Of a stretch of 64,000 nucleotides of DNA, positions 63,868 through 64,000 are shown piece after piece (the stretch's first letter is position 1; every line of letters starts with the position of its first letter). The stretch lies in NCBI RefSeq assembly GCF_009914755.1, contig NC_060940.1, one strand, 5' to 3'. The notes under the pieces were generated by a model. It saw only the letters and a list, made by a program, of their open reading frames with translations. It was not told the DNA's origin and made no database searches. The position numbers and the translations under genes are program-made. Source of the stretch: the human T2T-CHM13v2.0 reference genome, Homo sapiens.

Positions 63868-64000
63868 TATTTTTCTTTTTTTTTCTTTTCTTTATTATAC
63901 TTTAAGTTCTAGGGTACATGTGCACAATGTGCAGGTTTGTTAAATATGTATACATGTGCCATGTTGGTGTGCTGCACCCATTAACTTGTCATTTACATTA
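63868..64000 (-). mobile_element. 3' end of an L1PA4/5-like LINE running off the window edge
   Basis: T-rich tail then ttattatactttaagttctagggtacatgtgcacaatgtgcagg...cccattaacttgtcatttacatta. Confidence 0.9.

Overview
AT-rich hominid (human-like) intergenic or deep-intronic DNA. I found no intact host protein-coding gene, RNA gene, CpG-island promoter or CRISPR array. The window is dominated by transposable elements. These are one full-length but inactivated L1PA2-like LINE-1 (3391-9439, minus strand), about 17 Alu/FLAM copies, older L1 fragments including two twin-primed inversions, solo LTRs (MLT2A, LTR7/HERV-H, THE1, MLT1, MER74, MER4-group), an ERVL gag-pro relic, and Tigger and hAT-Charlie DNA transposon fossils. 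All long ORFs derive from L1, ERVL, Alu or low-complexity sequence. I cannot support a wholly new biological system. The notable features are mechanistic footprints: a 21-nt L1 3' transduction with two poly(A) tails, two Alus sharing a triplicated target site, an AluYa5/AluY mosaic, a fold-back hairpin at a twin-priming junction, and an Alu reduced to about 45 bp between its TSDs. There are also several nested TE stacks, same-strand early-embryo-type LTR promoters, and a candidate conserved enhancer at about 40.6-41.2 kb. Repeat family names were assigned by eye from remembered consensus sequences and need RepeatMasker/Dfam confirmation.
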